Both the position numbers and the translations under genes were made by a program. From the IMG/VR virus record IMGVR_UViG_2739367660_000007: DNA of 64,000 nucleotides. One strand, written 5' to 3'. The notes under the pieces are model-generated. The model did no database searches, had not been told where the DNA came from, and worked only from the letters and a program-made list of their open reading frames with translations. Origin of the DNA: an uncultured virus (IMG/VR IMGVR_UViG_2739367660_000007) (taxonomy: Duplodnaviria; Heunggongvirae; Uroviricota; Caudoviricetes). Below are positions 28,513 to 38,525 of the stretch, piece after piece (within the stretch, counting starts at the first letter, position 1; each line of letters opens with the position of its first letter).

Positions 28513-30832
28513 GGCAGGCGGCTATGCCGAAATCCCGAAGTATCACCTCAGCGCACATCTCGGCGTTTGTGTCTATCGCCAGGGCACCGAGGTGTTGCGC
28601 GTGATGGTTGGCGACAAGGTGGCCCGCAGGCAGCGCATTTCCTCCAACACGCGCCTCGATATCGACCGGCCAAACCTCTTTGGTGGCATCAAGAAGGAAG
28701 GCGGCGTATCGGGGCTGGTGGAGGTCCTGCTGGGTGCTGCCGATCAGGTGATGCCAGAACACCTCGCCCGTCGCCTCGGCCTGACCAGTGCGACCTGTCC
28801 CGGTTTCCGTGGCATCGTCAGCCTGTTTTTCACCGGCCGCGCGAACAGCGCCGAAGACCTCGAAGCCCAGGAGGGCTACTGGGTCGAACGTGAAGTCGGG
28901 AGCGAAGGAAATATCGTGCGGGAGTTCGTGCAGCCTCCCGCCCCCATGGAAGGGGAAACGCTCGGCTTCTACTGGGGGTCGAACAATCCCTATTTCAAGC
29001 AGCCGGCTGTGCGTGTGCGGGCTATCCCCATCGGCCTGAATCCCTCCATCGCGATGATCAGGCTGCCCGATGACAGCAAGGGGCGGCAGCAATACGGGGC
29101 GAACCCGGCCCACATGATCTTCGAGTGCCTGATCAACCGGGAGTGGGGAAAAGGCGGCAGCCTCGGGCAATTCAATATCGCCTCCTACGAACGCACGGCT
29201 CAGACGCTCTACGACGAGGGCTTCGGCCTCGCGATGCTCTGGAAAAGGCAAAGCAAGATCGAGGATTTCATCAACGAGGTCATCGACCACATTCAGGCTG
29301 TCCATTACGAGGATCCCGAAACCGGGAAGATGACGCTCGATCTGCTGCGCAATGACTACGACCCGGAAAACCTGCCACTGATCGACCCGTCGAATGCCGA
29401 CATGCTCAGCTTCGACCGCAAAGCATGGGGCGAAATCGTCAACGAGGTGACAGTCACCTGGACGAACCCGGAAACCGAAAAAGAAGAGACGGTCACCGCT
29501 CAGGATCTGGCAGCCATCGCCGCGCAGGGCGGGGTGAACAGCACCTCTCCGAACTACCACGGCGTCAGGTCTCAGGCGCTTGCGCAGAAACTCGCGCAGC
29601 GTGATCTGGCGGCGCAGAGCTATCCCATCGCCATTTGCGAGATGGAAGTCATTCTCGGAAACTGGAAGCTCCGTCCGGGTTCCGTCGTCAGGCTGACGTG
29701 GCCGGAACGCGGTCTGAGTGAAGTGCTGATGCGGGTTGGAGATGTGACCCGGGGGTCGTCCATGTCGAAGAAGGTCAGGGTCAAGATGCAGGAAGACATC
29801 TTCGGCCGCAGCCGTTCCGAATACAACGAGCCCGAACCGTCGCTGTGGCAGGATACCACGGTCGATCCGGGCAACGTTACCACGCTCAAGATCGGCACCG
29901 CGCCGATGTTTCTGGCGCACCTCGCACTGGATCGGGCAGACCCGGCCGACGTGCAGTATCCCAGCGCGGTTGCGGTCGTGCTTCCGGTGCGGCCGACGGC
30001 TGATTACACGGGCTACACGCTCTGGTCGACGCGCACCAAGCCGAACGGCTCCATTGTTCCGACGCAGATCGGCAGCAGAGATTTTCCGGCATCCGCACAG
30101 CTCGCTGCCGCACTTCCACAGGTTGCCAGCGGAACCCTGTCGTTCAAGAATTTCTACGGTCCTGCTGTGACGCCTGGCGATTTCGTGATCATCGGCACCA
30201 CTGCCGACAGTTCGCAGGAAATCGCCATGGTGGAATCAATCAGCAGCAGCACCATGACTGTTTCGCGCGGCATGATGGACACGGTTCCGCGGGAATGGGC
30301 CACCGATACCCGGCTGTTCTTCGTTTCCACGGAAGACGTGTTCTTCGACAGCACGGAGCGCGCAGCCGGCGAAAGCGTTACCTATCGTCTCGCAACCCGC
30401 ACCACCGCAGACGAGATGTCGTATGAAGATGCAACAGCGCGCAGCCTGACGCTGACCGATCGCGCCCATCTGCCGCTGCGGCCGGCGAATGTGAAAGTCA
30501 ACGGACAGGCGTTCGGCGACTTCAATGCAGCAGGGATGTCGTCGTTCAGCATCACCTGGGCCAACAGGAATGCTACCAGCGAAAGTCTGCAGGCTCTGCG
30601 CTGGACCGAGAGCACAGTCACACCCGACACCGGGCAAAAGACGCTGGTGAAAATCCTCGACTACAACTTCGCTGAAATCTGGGTTTCCGAGGAAATCACA
30701 GGAACCAGCTACACCCTTCCGGTAGCCCGTTTCGGGGCTTTCAACACAGCATGGGTGCAGGTTGTGTCGATCAGGGATGGGGATGAAAGCCTTCAGGGTC
30801 ATGCGATCCGGTTCATCAACGTCGGTGCCTGA
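28499..30832 (+). CDS. Tail tip / central tail protein
   Basis: LFGGIKKEGGVSG, NNPYFK, ANPAHMIFECL and PLRPANVKVNG motifs. Confidence 0.85.
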   Translation: MGSSKAGGYAEIPKYHLSAHLGVCVYRQGTEVLRVMVGDKVARRQRISSNTRLDIDRPNLFGGIKKEGGVSGLVEVLLGAADQVMPEHLARRLGLTSATCPGFRGIVSLFFTGRANSAEDLEAQEGYWVEREVGSEGNIVREFVQPPAPMEGETLGFYWGSNNPYFKQPAVRVRAIPIGLNPSIAMIRLPDDSKGRQQYGANPAHMIFECLINREWGKGGSLGQFNIASYERTAQTLYDEGFGLAMLWKRQSKIEDFINEVIDHIQAVHYEDPETGKMTLDLLRNDYDPENLPLIDPSNADMLSFDRKAWGEIVNEVTVTWTNPETEKEETVTAQDLAAIAAQGGVNSTSPNYHGVRSQALAQKLAQRDLAAQSYPIAICEMEVILGNWKLRPGSVVRLTWPERGLSEVLMRVGDVTRGSSMSKKVRVKMQEDIFGRSRSEYNEPEPSLWQDTTVDPGNVTTLKIGTAPMFLAHLALDRADPADVQYPSAVAVVLPVRPTADYTGYTLWSTRTKPNGSIVPTQIGSRDFPASAQLAAALPQVASGTLSFKNFYGPAVTPGDFVIIGTTADSSQEIAMVESISSSTMTVSRGMMDTVPREWATDTRLFFVSTEDVFFDSTERAAGESVTYRLATRTTADEMSYEDATARSLTLTDRAHLPLRPANVKVNGQAFGDFNAAGMSSFSITWANRNATSESLQALRWTESTVTPDTGQKTLVKILDYNFAEIWVSEEITGTSYTLPVARFGAFNTAWVQVVSIRDGDESLQGHAIRFINVGA

Positions 30833-30903
30833 CGCACGTTTTGGTTGACTTTCAACTTTTGATGCGAGATTCATGCTCCAACGGCAATGTCGGAGGATGC
30901 GTC

Positions 30904-31620
30904 ATGCCTGCTATGAATATCGGGTACACTCAACTGATCCTGGACCATGCACACGAAGCGCGGTTCTCGATCCCGATGAAAGCCTATGCGCTCGCCACTG
31001 CATTCTGGGAAACCAACCGGACCATGCTGCCGGTCGAAGAGGCATATTACCTCGGGGAGCGTGCGGAGGCTTATCGCAAGAAACTTCGTTATTACCCGTG
31101 GCACGGTCGGGGTTTCGCGCAGCTGACGTGGGAGTCAAATTATATCCGGGCCGGGAAAGAACTGGATGTCGACCTGATCAGTCGCCCGGAGCGCGCAATG
31201 GAACCGGAAATCGCGGCCCGCGTTCTTGTCTGCGGGATGCGCGACGGGTGGTTCACCGGCAAAAAGATGTCGGACTATTTCACCCGCTTCAGCACCGACT
31301 ACACCAGTGCCCGCCGCATCATCAATGGCACCGACAGCGCCAAGGCGATCGCAGACATCGCGCTGCAGTATGAGCACCAGCTTTCCCCGGAACCGGACTA
31401 CCCGAACATCCGCCGCGGTTCGGTGGGGGCATCTGTCTCCAAAGCGCAGATCCTGTTGTCGGCCATGGGTTACTCGGTCGGCCCGGTCGACGGCATCTTC
31501 GGCGCCAGAACCGATGCGGCGACGAGATACTTCCAGCGGTCGGAAGCCTTGAACGCTGATGGCATCATCGGCCCGCAGACATGGGCTCGCCTTCTTTCCC
31601 ACGAAACCGGAGACATCTGA
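30904..31620 (+). CDS. Endolysin: GH19-like domain plus C-terminal peptidoglycan-binding domain
   Basis: AYALATAFWET, GRGFAQLTW..NY, ARRIING; DGIFGARTDAA...FQ...DGIIGPQTW. Confidence 0.9.
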   Translation: MPAMNIGYTQLILDHAHEARFSIPMKAYALATAFWETNRTMLPVEEAYYLGERAEAYRKKLRYYPWHGRGFAQLTWESNYIRAGKELDVDLISRPERAMEPEIAARVLVCGMRDGWFTGKKMSDYFTRFSTDYTSARRIINGTDSAKAIADIALQYEHQLSPEPDYPNIRRGSVGASVSKAQILLSAMGYSVGPVDGIFGARTDAATRYFQRSEALNADGIIGPQTWARLLSHETGDI

Positions 31621-31621
31621 G

Positions 31622-31801
31622 ATGCAAACCGAAATCGCACGTCTTGTTCGCCACGGCTGGCCCATGCTCGTCGGCTATGCCGTTGGTGCCGGCCTCATCC
31701 CGTCCGATCTGCAGCAGCCGATCATCGAGGTCGGGCTTGCCGTGGTCAGCCTCGCCGTCTCCCTCTGGGTCAGCCGCCAGCGCGACGTTGCGCGGTCCTG
31801 A
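31622..31801 (+). CDS. Putative holin
   Basis: 59 aa, two hydrophobic segments, basic C-terminus, next to the endolysin. Confidence 0.6.
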   Translation: MQTEIARLVRHGWPMLVGYAVGAGLIPSDLQQPIIEVGLAVVSLAVSLWVSRQRDVARS

Positions 31802-31820
31802 GTCCGAAGGCGTCTGATCT

Positions 31821-32204
31821 ATGCAGGGGACAGTAATGCCGCTCAACGAAAACGACAGGGCCGAGCTGGCGGTTCTGAACGTCATCGCGGAGTCGATGAA
31901 GACGATGAGCGGCCTCTTGCAGGCCCAGACCGAAGAACTCAAGGGCCTCGCCAGCAAGGTTGACGACGTGCAGGCCCGCGTCATTCGTCTCGAAGAGGCG
32001 AAGCATGGTCGAGATATCGAGCGCCTGATGCGGCAGGACGAAGATTTCCGTGCCAGGATACAGGCGCTCGAACTCGCAAACGCAACGCTTCACGGGCAAA
32101 TCGGCGGTGTGAGCGGATCAGCGAACTGGGTCTATCGCCTTGGGCCTTGGGCTTTTGCCGTTGCCATGGCGGTGTTCCTCTTCTTCGAGAAACGTGGGGG
32201 TTAG
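31821..32204 (+). CDS. Coiled-coil protein with C-terminal membrane anchor (lysis module)
   Basis: Heptad pattern and terminal TM helix; last gene of the late operon. Confidence 0.6.
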   Translation: MQGTVMPLNENDRAELAVLNVIAESMKTMSGLLQAQTEELKGLASKVDDVQARVIRLEEAKHGRDIERLMRQDEDFRARIQALELANATLHGQIGGVSGSANWVYRLGPWAFAVAMAVFLFFEKRGG

Positions 32205-32479
32205 GCTGCAGGATAACGCAGCCCGACTGCCTTCATGGCAATCGCCGTCAGGAAACCGATCTCCACAGCCCCGGTTTTAGCGGGCATCGCTTTGACGATG
32301 TGGGCGAAGACCGTAGGGTTGCCGGTTTCCTCCATGAACTTCACCAGATCGGCGGCATAGGCGTTCCCGGTCGCGCAATCCTTCTGGTAGTCGCCGGTTA
32401 CTTCCGGCGCCCAGATGTGGAGTTCTTTTCCGTTCGTCTTCACGAAAGGCAGATCAGATATTTTTCGCATCTTTTTCAT
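32201..32479 (-). CDS. Hypothetical protein
   Basis: ATGA-coupled to the upstream methylase. Confidence 0.65.
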   Translation of the reverse strand: MKKMRKISDLPFVKTNGKELHIWAPEVTGDYQKDCATGNAYAADLVKFMEETGNPTVFAHIVKAMPAKTGAVEIGFLTAIAMKAVGLRYPAA

Positions 32480-33129
32480 CCAAGCAATTGAGAAAGTTCG
32501 GGTATGTCGAAAGACAACCTTGACATTTCTCTGGCGGAAGGGCGTCGAATTGGTTCGAATCGTGTTTCGGTTTCACCTTTTCGCCAAACCATCCAGCTCA
32601 CATCCATCAGAGGACTGGTTCCGCGTTCCAATTCAAGAAAAGCCGGACGCCATGTGAGAGGTAAAACCCAAGATGGAGGGTGCCTCTCGAAAAGATGTAT
32701 TCTGGATTTCGCGTGCCAGTACTGGCTCTTTAAAAGCATTGCCACATTATCGGTGAAACTCAGCGCCTTTTCTATGAAGGCTGCTGCCACGTCGAAGGGC
32801 GGATTTGTGATGATCCAGTCTGGTGAGTAGGTGGTGGCCACCCTTGGAACGCATTTCAGAAAATTCACACCACCTCGACCGAAGCCACTATCTTCGCGCA
32901 GATCAGAAGCCAGAACATTGCTCTCTCCGACGTACTCCATAAGCACGCGGCTCATGGCTCCGTCTCCGCAGGCAGGCTCCCATACCTTCGTGCCGTAGGC
33001 TAAATTCAGCCATCGCAGCAGGGCAACAGTCACGTCAGGTGGGGTAGGGTAAAAATCTGCTGCTTTTCTTTTGTGAATCTTCTGAGATCGCACAACAGCA
33101 GATGCGTAAGTGTGGTCGTCGGGATTCAC
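32476..33129 (-). CDS. Amino (N6A/N4C) DNA methyltransferase-like protein
   Basis: DFYPTP, WEPACGDG (SAM binding) and IITNPPF. Confidence 0.88.
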   Translation of the reverse strand: MNPDDHTYASAVVRSQKIHKRKAADFYPTPPDVTVALLRWLNLAYGTKVWEPACGDGAMSRVLMEYVGESNVLASDLREDSGFGRGGVNFLKCVPRVATTYSPDWIITNPPFDVAAAFIEKALSFTDNVAMLLKSQYWHAKSRIHLFERHPPSWVLPLTWRPAFLELERGTSPLMDVSWMVWRKGETETRFEPIRRPSAREMSRLSFDIPELSQLLG

Positions 33130-33419
33130 TCCAGCACCCCGAGCAATTTCGTCTTGTTGTCGCCTTCGAGCAGCTTGGCACCAGCAACCGTGCCGTCACA
33201 AAGGCGGCCGAGGGCATCCCGCCTCAGCTCGCCGTCATAGCTGATCTCGTCGAGGCGACACTTGGAGACCGTGGTCGAACCATCGTGATACAGCCGAACG
33301 AAGCCGCCCCCGTCCTTGGCGTAAAAGTAGCCATTCCGAACGTAGAGCGGGCACTGACGATAGACCCCGTTCTTCACGATGACGGCGACTTCGCCTTCGA
33401 CTTCCTTGAACATGCCCAT
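33126..33419 (-). CDS. Hypothetical protein
   Basis: RBS GGAG; overlaps the next gene. Confidence 0.65.
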   Translation of the reverse strand: MGMFKEVEGEVAVIVKNGVYRQCPLYVRNGYFYAKDGGGFVRLYHDGSTTVSKCRLDEISYDGELRRDALGRLCDGTVAGAKLLEGDNKTKLLGVLE

Positions 33420-33507
33420 GCTGATCTCCGCGTGAATCGGACTAGACGACTTTACCGGATGAAAGATTGATAATCAATCTTTGCGTGATTTTGTATCCGA
33501 CAAAACG

Positions 33508-33807
33508 TCACTGCTTCAGTCGGACAGGCCCCTCACTGCCGAGCGCTTCGGCGGCGATGCGCCCGATGCGTTTCACGGTTCCGTTCGGCGCCCGGCCAGA
33601 AGAAGCGATGCCAGAAATCTCGACGAGAGCCTGCCTGAGGCTGCGAGACTTCATCACCGCAGTCTCTGCTATATGGATACGCGACTTCATCAGCGCCCGA
33701 GCATCGCGGCTGGCAGTCAGCGCATCCTGTGCGCTGTTGAGGTTATAGCGCAGAATTTCCAATTCGCCGCGGGTCAGCCAATTGGCCAGTTTGTAACGGA
33801 GGTTCAT
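33508..33807 (-). CDS. Hypothetical protein
   Basis: Coupled to thyX by ATGA. Confidence 0.6.
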   Translation of the reverse strand: MNLRYKLANWLTRGELEILRYNLNSAQDALTASRDARALMKSRIHIAETAVMKSRSLRQALVEISGIASSGRAPNGTVKRIGRIAAEALGSEGPVRLKQ

Positions 33808-34697
33808 TTCGTCACCATCATATCGGGATTGGATTCAAGGAGGACGCGGTGCTGCGCCCATCCGACGAAGTTCGCAGAACGGATGTTTCTGTCTTTGATC
33901 GCCATGCCCTGATGCTCGAACGGGCTCATGTGGCGGGCTTCCAGCAGCCGCTTCGCCAGCGCCAGATCCTTCTCGATGTCGGGGTCTGTGCCATCGTGGT
34001 TCAGATAGCTTACGCGAGCGCAGCGGGCGGCGCTGATCATTGCCCACTTCGCCCAGACCTCTTTGCCGGGCATATTGCCGACATCTGCAAAGGACTCTTT
34101 CAGCGTGACGTAAGGCAGGTGGTTGGGCACACGGTGCGGGTTCGACTTAGCAATCGCATCCCGTATCGCCTCGGCCAGTGCCCGCATCGTGGGATCGGCG
34201 TCGGGATGGCAGCGCAGCGCGAAGAAGTTGTCCCACTCGGTCGCGGTGACGACGACGCTGATGTGGGCGAATGGTTCGAGCAGCCGGTTGACGATCTGCT
34301 TGTGGTAGCCTGCCTTGGCAAAAGCGCTGGCGACCTCTACGGCACGGTTGCGAGCGCTGCACCATGCCAGTTCCCGTGTAAGTGTCTGGTCAAAAGGTTC
34401 TCCGAAGCTGTTGACTTCGGGAACATCCACCAGTTCGCGGCATTCCTCGCCAGCCTGCATCCCCGGCTTGTTGCTGCCCCACGCCACGGGCATCGCGGGA
34501 TCGTCAATCACGTCCTGGATCATGCGTTCGATCGGGATAGCGCGGCTGCTGCTGGCGTTCCGGCTGAACACCCGATGCGTCATAAACTCGGAATGGATAA
34601 AGCGGGGATACCGCAGTTGCAGGGTGATCAGATCAGGGACGCCCTCGGCGCGGCTGTGAGCGATAACTTTGGCGGTGATGGTCATTTTGGGTTCCAT
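33804..34697 (-). CDS. thyX: FAD-dependent thymidylate synthase
   Basis: THRVFSRNASSSRAIP, HKQIVNRLLEPF, SAARCARVSY and HMSPFEH. Confidence 0.92.
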   Translation of the reverse strand: MEPKMTITAKVIAHSRAEGVPDLITLQLRYPRFIHSEFMTHRVFSRNASSSRAIPIERMIQDVIDDPAMPVAWGSNKPGMQAGEECRELVDVPEVNSFGEPFDQTLTRELAWCSARNRAVEVASAFAKAGYHKQIVNRLLEPFAHISVVVTATEWDNFFALRCHPDADPTMRALAEAIRDAIAKSNPHRVPNHLPYVTLKESFADVGNMPGKEVWAKWAMISAARCARVSYLNHDGTDPDIEKDLALAKRLLEARHMSPFEHQGMAIKDRNIRSANFVGWAQHRVLLESNPDMMVTK

Positions 34698-35106
34698 TCA
34701 AAGAAGGACGGATGTCTGGGTACGATTTACATGTATATCAGGGTGACGTTCAGTATCAGCAGAACGAACAGGAAAACGACAAACCCGATTGCGATTGAGG
34801 TGATGAACCCTGCCCAGGTGCCGTTTTTGGGTACAGTGTCAGGGGGAGTAGGCATGACTGGTTATCTCTGCCCCCAGTCGTTCAAAGTGGGCGAGAAAAC
34901 CGCAGGCCAGAGATGCGGGTTTTGTTCCAGCGTTTCTGCTGCGCATTCGCACTTTGATCGGCAGTGCTTGACCGAGAACATTTTACCGTCCACGGTCCCG
35001 GTGCTTATGAAGTAGCCCTCACCCCGGCTGATACGACCGCCGCAGAGCCAGCAGGTATGATCCTTCGCCGCGCGCCGCCATTGATGGCCGAATATTTGAA
35101 GGTTCA

Positions 35107-35553
35107 TTACGCCAGACCTCCGACAAAGACAAAGCGTGACCCAAAGCCCATTTCTTCGACGCTGCGGGCAAACTTGACCTTGCTCGTGTTGACCTTGACC
35201 GTAGCGTAAGTCCCAGCGGTCCCCCGATATTCTGCCGGGCAGTATACGATGCAAACCGCCATGTCAGATTCGCGGAAGTGGACGCCAACGATGTCATAGA
35301 GCCCACCACTCCTGACGTGCTGAATGGTTTTGCCACACCACTGTTCGCTCGCTTCCTTTAGAATGGCGGCGAGTTCGTCGTAGCTTTTGCGTTCTTTGCT
35401 CACTTCTTTCACCCCTTGAGTTTTGTATTTGCCGGAAACGAGTTCGAAAATGGCATGCCCGACGATAACCGAGATCACGACGGCAATAAGGATTACCGTG
35501 GGCCACGGATTGTGAACCATTTCGGAGATCGGCTCAGCTAAGAAGAACCTCAT
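35107..35553 (-). CDS. Hypothetical protein with N-terminal TM segment and DUF1653-like domain
   Basis: QHVRSGGLYDIVG...VY...FARSVEEM. Confidence 0.55.
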   Translation of the reverse strand: MRFFLAEPISEMVHNPWPTVILIAVVISVIVGHAIFELVSGKYKTQGVKEVSKERKSYDELAAILKEASEQWCGKTIQHVRSGGLYDIVGVHFRESDMAVCIVYCPAEYRGTAGTYATVKVNTSKVKFARSVEEMGFGSRFVFVGGLA

Positions 35554-35822
35554 CCGAGCAATCCTCCCAGATCCCCGGCATCAGCATCAGGTGGAGATGG
35601 TTCCGGTTCCTTGATCGACACATTGAAGTTGCGCAGCGCGTCGCGGATTGCTTCTTCAGTGGTGTCCCCGCGGCCCTTGAAAGCGTGAAACGCACCGTGG
35701 TCGAGATGCACCTGACACATGCGCTTTTCGCCACCGAGGTTCACCATCACCGACCGGCCGATCAGCACCGTGGCGATCTTGCCTTCGTCAATCAGGCGTT
35801 CGAGTTCGGAAAGAAGAGTCAT
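35550..35822 (-). CDS. Hypothetical protein (ends DLGGLLG)
   Basis: Part of an ATGA-coupled chain. Confidence 0.65.
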   Translation of the reverse strand: MTLLSELERLIDEGKIATVLIGRSVMVNLGGEKRMCQVHLDHGAFHAFKGRGDTTEEAIRDALRNFNVSIKEPEPSPPDADAGDLGGLLG

Positions 35823-36049
35823 CCCAGCAGACCTCCAAGGTCATCGTCACGGGGCTCATCCTGAATGCCGAAGAAAGAACGGAGCCCCGCCTCGATCGTC
35901 GGAAATTGCTGGTCGTAAGGCTTCTGCCAGGCCATCTCGCTGATGCGGAAGTTCATCACCCAGCCGCCGCGCTGCCCGGGGCGAATGGATACGACCTGAG
36001 TTCCCCGCTTCAGCATTTCGGCTTCGACGCGCAGCAGGAAGTCGTTCAT
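35819..36049 (-). CDS. Hypothetical protein (ends DLGGLLG)
   Basis: Part of an ATGA-coupled chain. Confidence 0.65.
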   Translation of the reverse strand: MNDFLLRVEAEMLKRGTQVVSIRPGQRGGWVMNFRISEMAWQKPYDQQFPTIEAGLRSFFGIQDEPRDDDLGGLLG

Positions 36050-36300
36050 CCGAGCATCCTCAGAAGATCGGCTTCAGAGTAGGCTTTCCGCTTCGGGAAG
36101 TCTTTCGCCTTTTCGCAAGCGGAGGCGAACGCGGCTTGAAGGGTAGGGCAGGGATCTCCGGTCACAACCCACGCACCGCTTCGCACGGTCACCTGCCAGC
36201 CGGTGCCCAGATACTCCGGGCCGCAGATCGTGACGTGGCAGAACTGCTGTTCAGCTACGGCATCTGCGAACTGGCTGAGGGTTTCGATGGTGGCGGCCAT
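36046..36300 (-). CDS. Hypothetical protein (ends DLLRMLG)
   Basis: ATG at 36300 with RBS GAGGGA. Confidence 0.6.
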   Translation of the reverse strand: MAATIETLSQFADAVAEQQFCHVTICGPEYLGTGWQVTVRSGAWVVTGDPCPTLQAAFASACEKAKDFPKRKAYSEADLLRMLG

Positions 36301-36307
36301 CTTTCCC

Positions 36308-36619
36308 TCACAGTTCGTCGGGTTCGTCGAGATCGTCCGGTTCACCCACAGCGTCAAGGCTGTCGAGATCTTCGGGTTCTTCTGCCATGAGCGCCGGCTG
36401 AACAGCTTCGCTCATGGTTTCGAGGATCAGCCGGTTACCGGCGTCGATCATCAGGCCGGTCTCGGTCGTCTTGCCGGTCGGAAACATCACGTCGAGCGTT
36501 TCGAGAAGGGACTTCTTCTGAACGGTGACAAGGCCGCGCGCCGGGCCGCCATAGTTCATATAGACTTTCGGATTCCCGTCCATGCTACGGATGTGGGCTT
36601 TCAATTCTCCGAGTTTCAC
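36308..36619 (-). CDS. Hypothetical protein with acidic tail
   Basis: Coupled to the exonuclease gene; ends DDLDEPDEL. Confidence 0.65.
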   Translation of the reverse strand: MKLGELKAHIRSMDGNPKVYMNYGGPARGLVTVQKKSLLETLDVMFPTGKTTETGLMIDAGNRLILETMSEAVQPALMAEEPEDLDSLDAVGEPDDLDEPDEL

Positions 36620-37200
36620 AGCTCGATATCCTCTTCGAGATCATCGGGAACCACCGGAGGTTTGGCGATCCCGAGTTTCGTGAAGGCGGCGTGCAGGCAA
36701 GCCACCTGATGAATGCAGTCGTCCAGCGCATTGTGATGAGAACCATCGCGCACGACAGATTTCGGTTCGAAGGACGCGACCGCATATGCCGTGCGGGTGT
36801 CGCGCTTCTCCCAGAATTTCCACGGCACCTGGCCGTTGGTTGCCCGGTACATCGCTTCGAGAATGGGGTAGTCGAAATCCATGCCCTGCGACCACCAGTG
36901 CGACGGAGCGCCACCTTCGTGCGCCCATTTGGCGAAGCTGACAGCCACGTCCTTCGGATCGTCGGTCCCTCCGAAGGCTTCCTTGCGCACTTCTTCCGCC
37001 TGCCGCTGCCACCATGCGTAGGTGGTCGGATCGCATTTCAGGCCCAGAAGGACCGATTGCTTGAAGTTGATTTTGCGGTAGAAGCGCGACTTGATCTCGC
37101 CGGTCTCCGGGTCGAAGCGAACGGCACCGAGCGTCAGGACGATGCACCCCGGCTTTGTTCCGAGCGTTTCGAGGTCGAGCATGATGCTTGATGCGGTCAC
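36616..37200 (-). CDS. DEDDh 3'-5' exonuclease (Rv2179c/DUF5051-like)
   Basis: IMLDLETLG, FDYPIL, RDTRT and HHNALDDC. Confidence 0.88.
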   Translation of the reverse strand: MTASSIMLDLETLGTKPGCIVLTLGAVRFDPETGEIKSRFYRKINFKQSVLLGLKCDPTTYAWWQRQAEEVRKEAFGGTDDPKDVAVSFAKWAHEGGAPSHWWSQGMDFDYPILEAMYRATNGQVPWKFWEKRDTRTAYAVASFEPKSVVRDGSHHNALDDCIHQVACLHAAFTKLGIAKPPVVPDDLEEDIEL

Positions 37201-37478
37201 AGCGTATCACTCCTGCTGCCGATGGCCTGTTCGTAGAGTTCGAGGATCGCTTCTTCTTCTGCGAGCTGATCCTTGTCCTTCTTCCGGCGCTTGATTGCCG
37301 TTTTCAGAACCTTGGTGTCGTAGCCGCGCCCCTTGGCTTCGGCCATGACCTCCTTCATCTGCTCCTGGATGTCCTTCTTCTCGGATTCCAGTTGCTCGTA
37401 GCGCTCGACAAACTGACGGAGTTCGTCCGCTGTGATCGCGTAGGGATCGCTCCCCGAGTTGTGGCCGATATTGCCCAT
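37197..37478 (-). CDS. gapR: DUF2312 / GapR-like DNA-binding protein
   Basis: ELRQFVERYEQLESEKK...AEAKGRGYDTKVL...EEEAILELY. Confidence 0.9.
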   Translation of the reverse strand: MGNIGHNSGSDPYAITADELRQFVERYEQLESEKKDIQEQMKEVMAEAKGRGYDTKVLKTAIKRRKKDKDQLAEEEAILELYEQAIGSRSDTL

Positions 37479-37537
37479 TCTGACCTCTTTGGTTGAATGA
37501 AACTTTAAACGTGACTTTGAGTCACGTCAAGTTTGAT

Positions 37538-37669
37538 TCACAGGTTCAGGAGACGCCACCCCTTTTGCAGGCAGATTTTCTCCACTTCGTTCACCGGGAG
37601 TCCGGTTTTCTCTGCTACCTGCTCGACGGTCATGTTCCAGTCAGCAGGAGCGGCGGCGCGGTAAACCAT
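37538..37669 (-). CDS. Small HTH-like protein (absent from the ORF track)
   Basis: Manual translation MVYRAAAPADWNMTVEQVAEKTGLPVNEVEKICLQKGW. Confidence 0.45.
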   Translation of the reverse strand: MVYRAAAPADWNMTVEQVAEKTGLPVNEVEKICLQKGWRLLNL

Positions 37670-37691
37670 GAACGGTTTCACATGGATGGAA

Positions 37692-38240
37692 TTATTGATT
37701 ATGGTTTACCGAAATCGACGTTCCTTCGATGCCCGAGACATCGGTACTCCAGTCCGAAGCGTTGATTATCGCCTGAATCTGACCGAACAATGCCGTCGTC
37801 GCCGCCACCTGAGTGAACGGTGGCTTGACCACATCGTCCGGGTACTTCTCAAAGAGCGCATCCACGGCCTTTTGCAGATCGGAGCGCACCTTATCGAGAT
37901 TTCCCCGAGGCGGGCGATCGTCTACCAGCATGTCCTGGATCATCGCATCGCGCAGCACGATCAGGGAGCAGATGGCTTTGGTGATGTGGGACAGGCCGCT
38001 GTCGGCATCGGTGTCTTCACCCTCCCACCACTGACCGATGTGTCCCATCGCGGCATCGACATAGACAGAAGCGCGGACGCCGGCTGCACGATAGTTGTGC
38101 CGGCCATACTTCATCGCACCTTCCATCATGCCTATGCCGACTTCCCAGAGCACGGTCATGGGAACAGAAACGATGTGCCGCCATTTGCGCACCCCGATCT
38201 GATCCTTCGGGTTTTCAGGATTGGTTGGTTTTGCAGTCAT
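37692..38240 (-). CDS. dATP/dGTP diphosphohydrolase domain protein (DUF5664-like)
   Basis: NPKD..G..K, GAMKYGRHNYR, GEDTDADSGLSHI. Confidence 0.82.
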   Translation of the reverse strand: MTAKPTNPENPKDQIGVRKWRHIVSVPMTVLWEVGIGMMEGAMKYGRHNYRAAGVRASVYVDAAMGHIGQWWEGEDTDADSGLSHITKAICSLIVLRDAMIQDMLVDDRPPRGNLDKVRSDLQKAVDALFEKYPDDVVKPPFTQVAATTALFGQIQAIINASDWSTDVSGIEGTSISVNHNQ

Positions 38241-38525
38241 TGAGATTTCTTTCGCTGGATACAGACAGTCAGCCCTTCGGTGGTGGTGGCGTGGTCGGTG
38301 CTGACGCTATCGGTCGAAGCGCCCCGCCGTCGTAGTGCCTTGCGCCACGATCTGCCTCCACCGCCTGCCGGATCAGCGCCTGCACCTCGGGCAGCGCGGC
38401 GATGGCGTCACGGTCGCGGCGGACGTATTCGACGAGGCCGTAGGTATCCAAATCTTCATCGTCAGCATGGATACTCGTGAGCGCCGTTGTGAGTGTGGGC
38501 CATGCCCAAATCCGATCCGGCCCTG

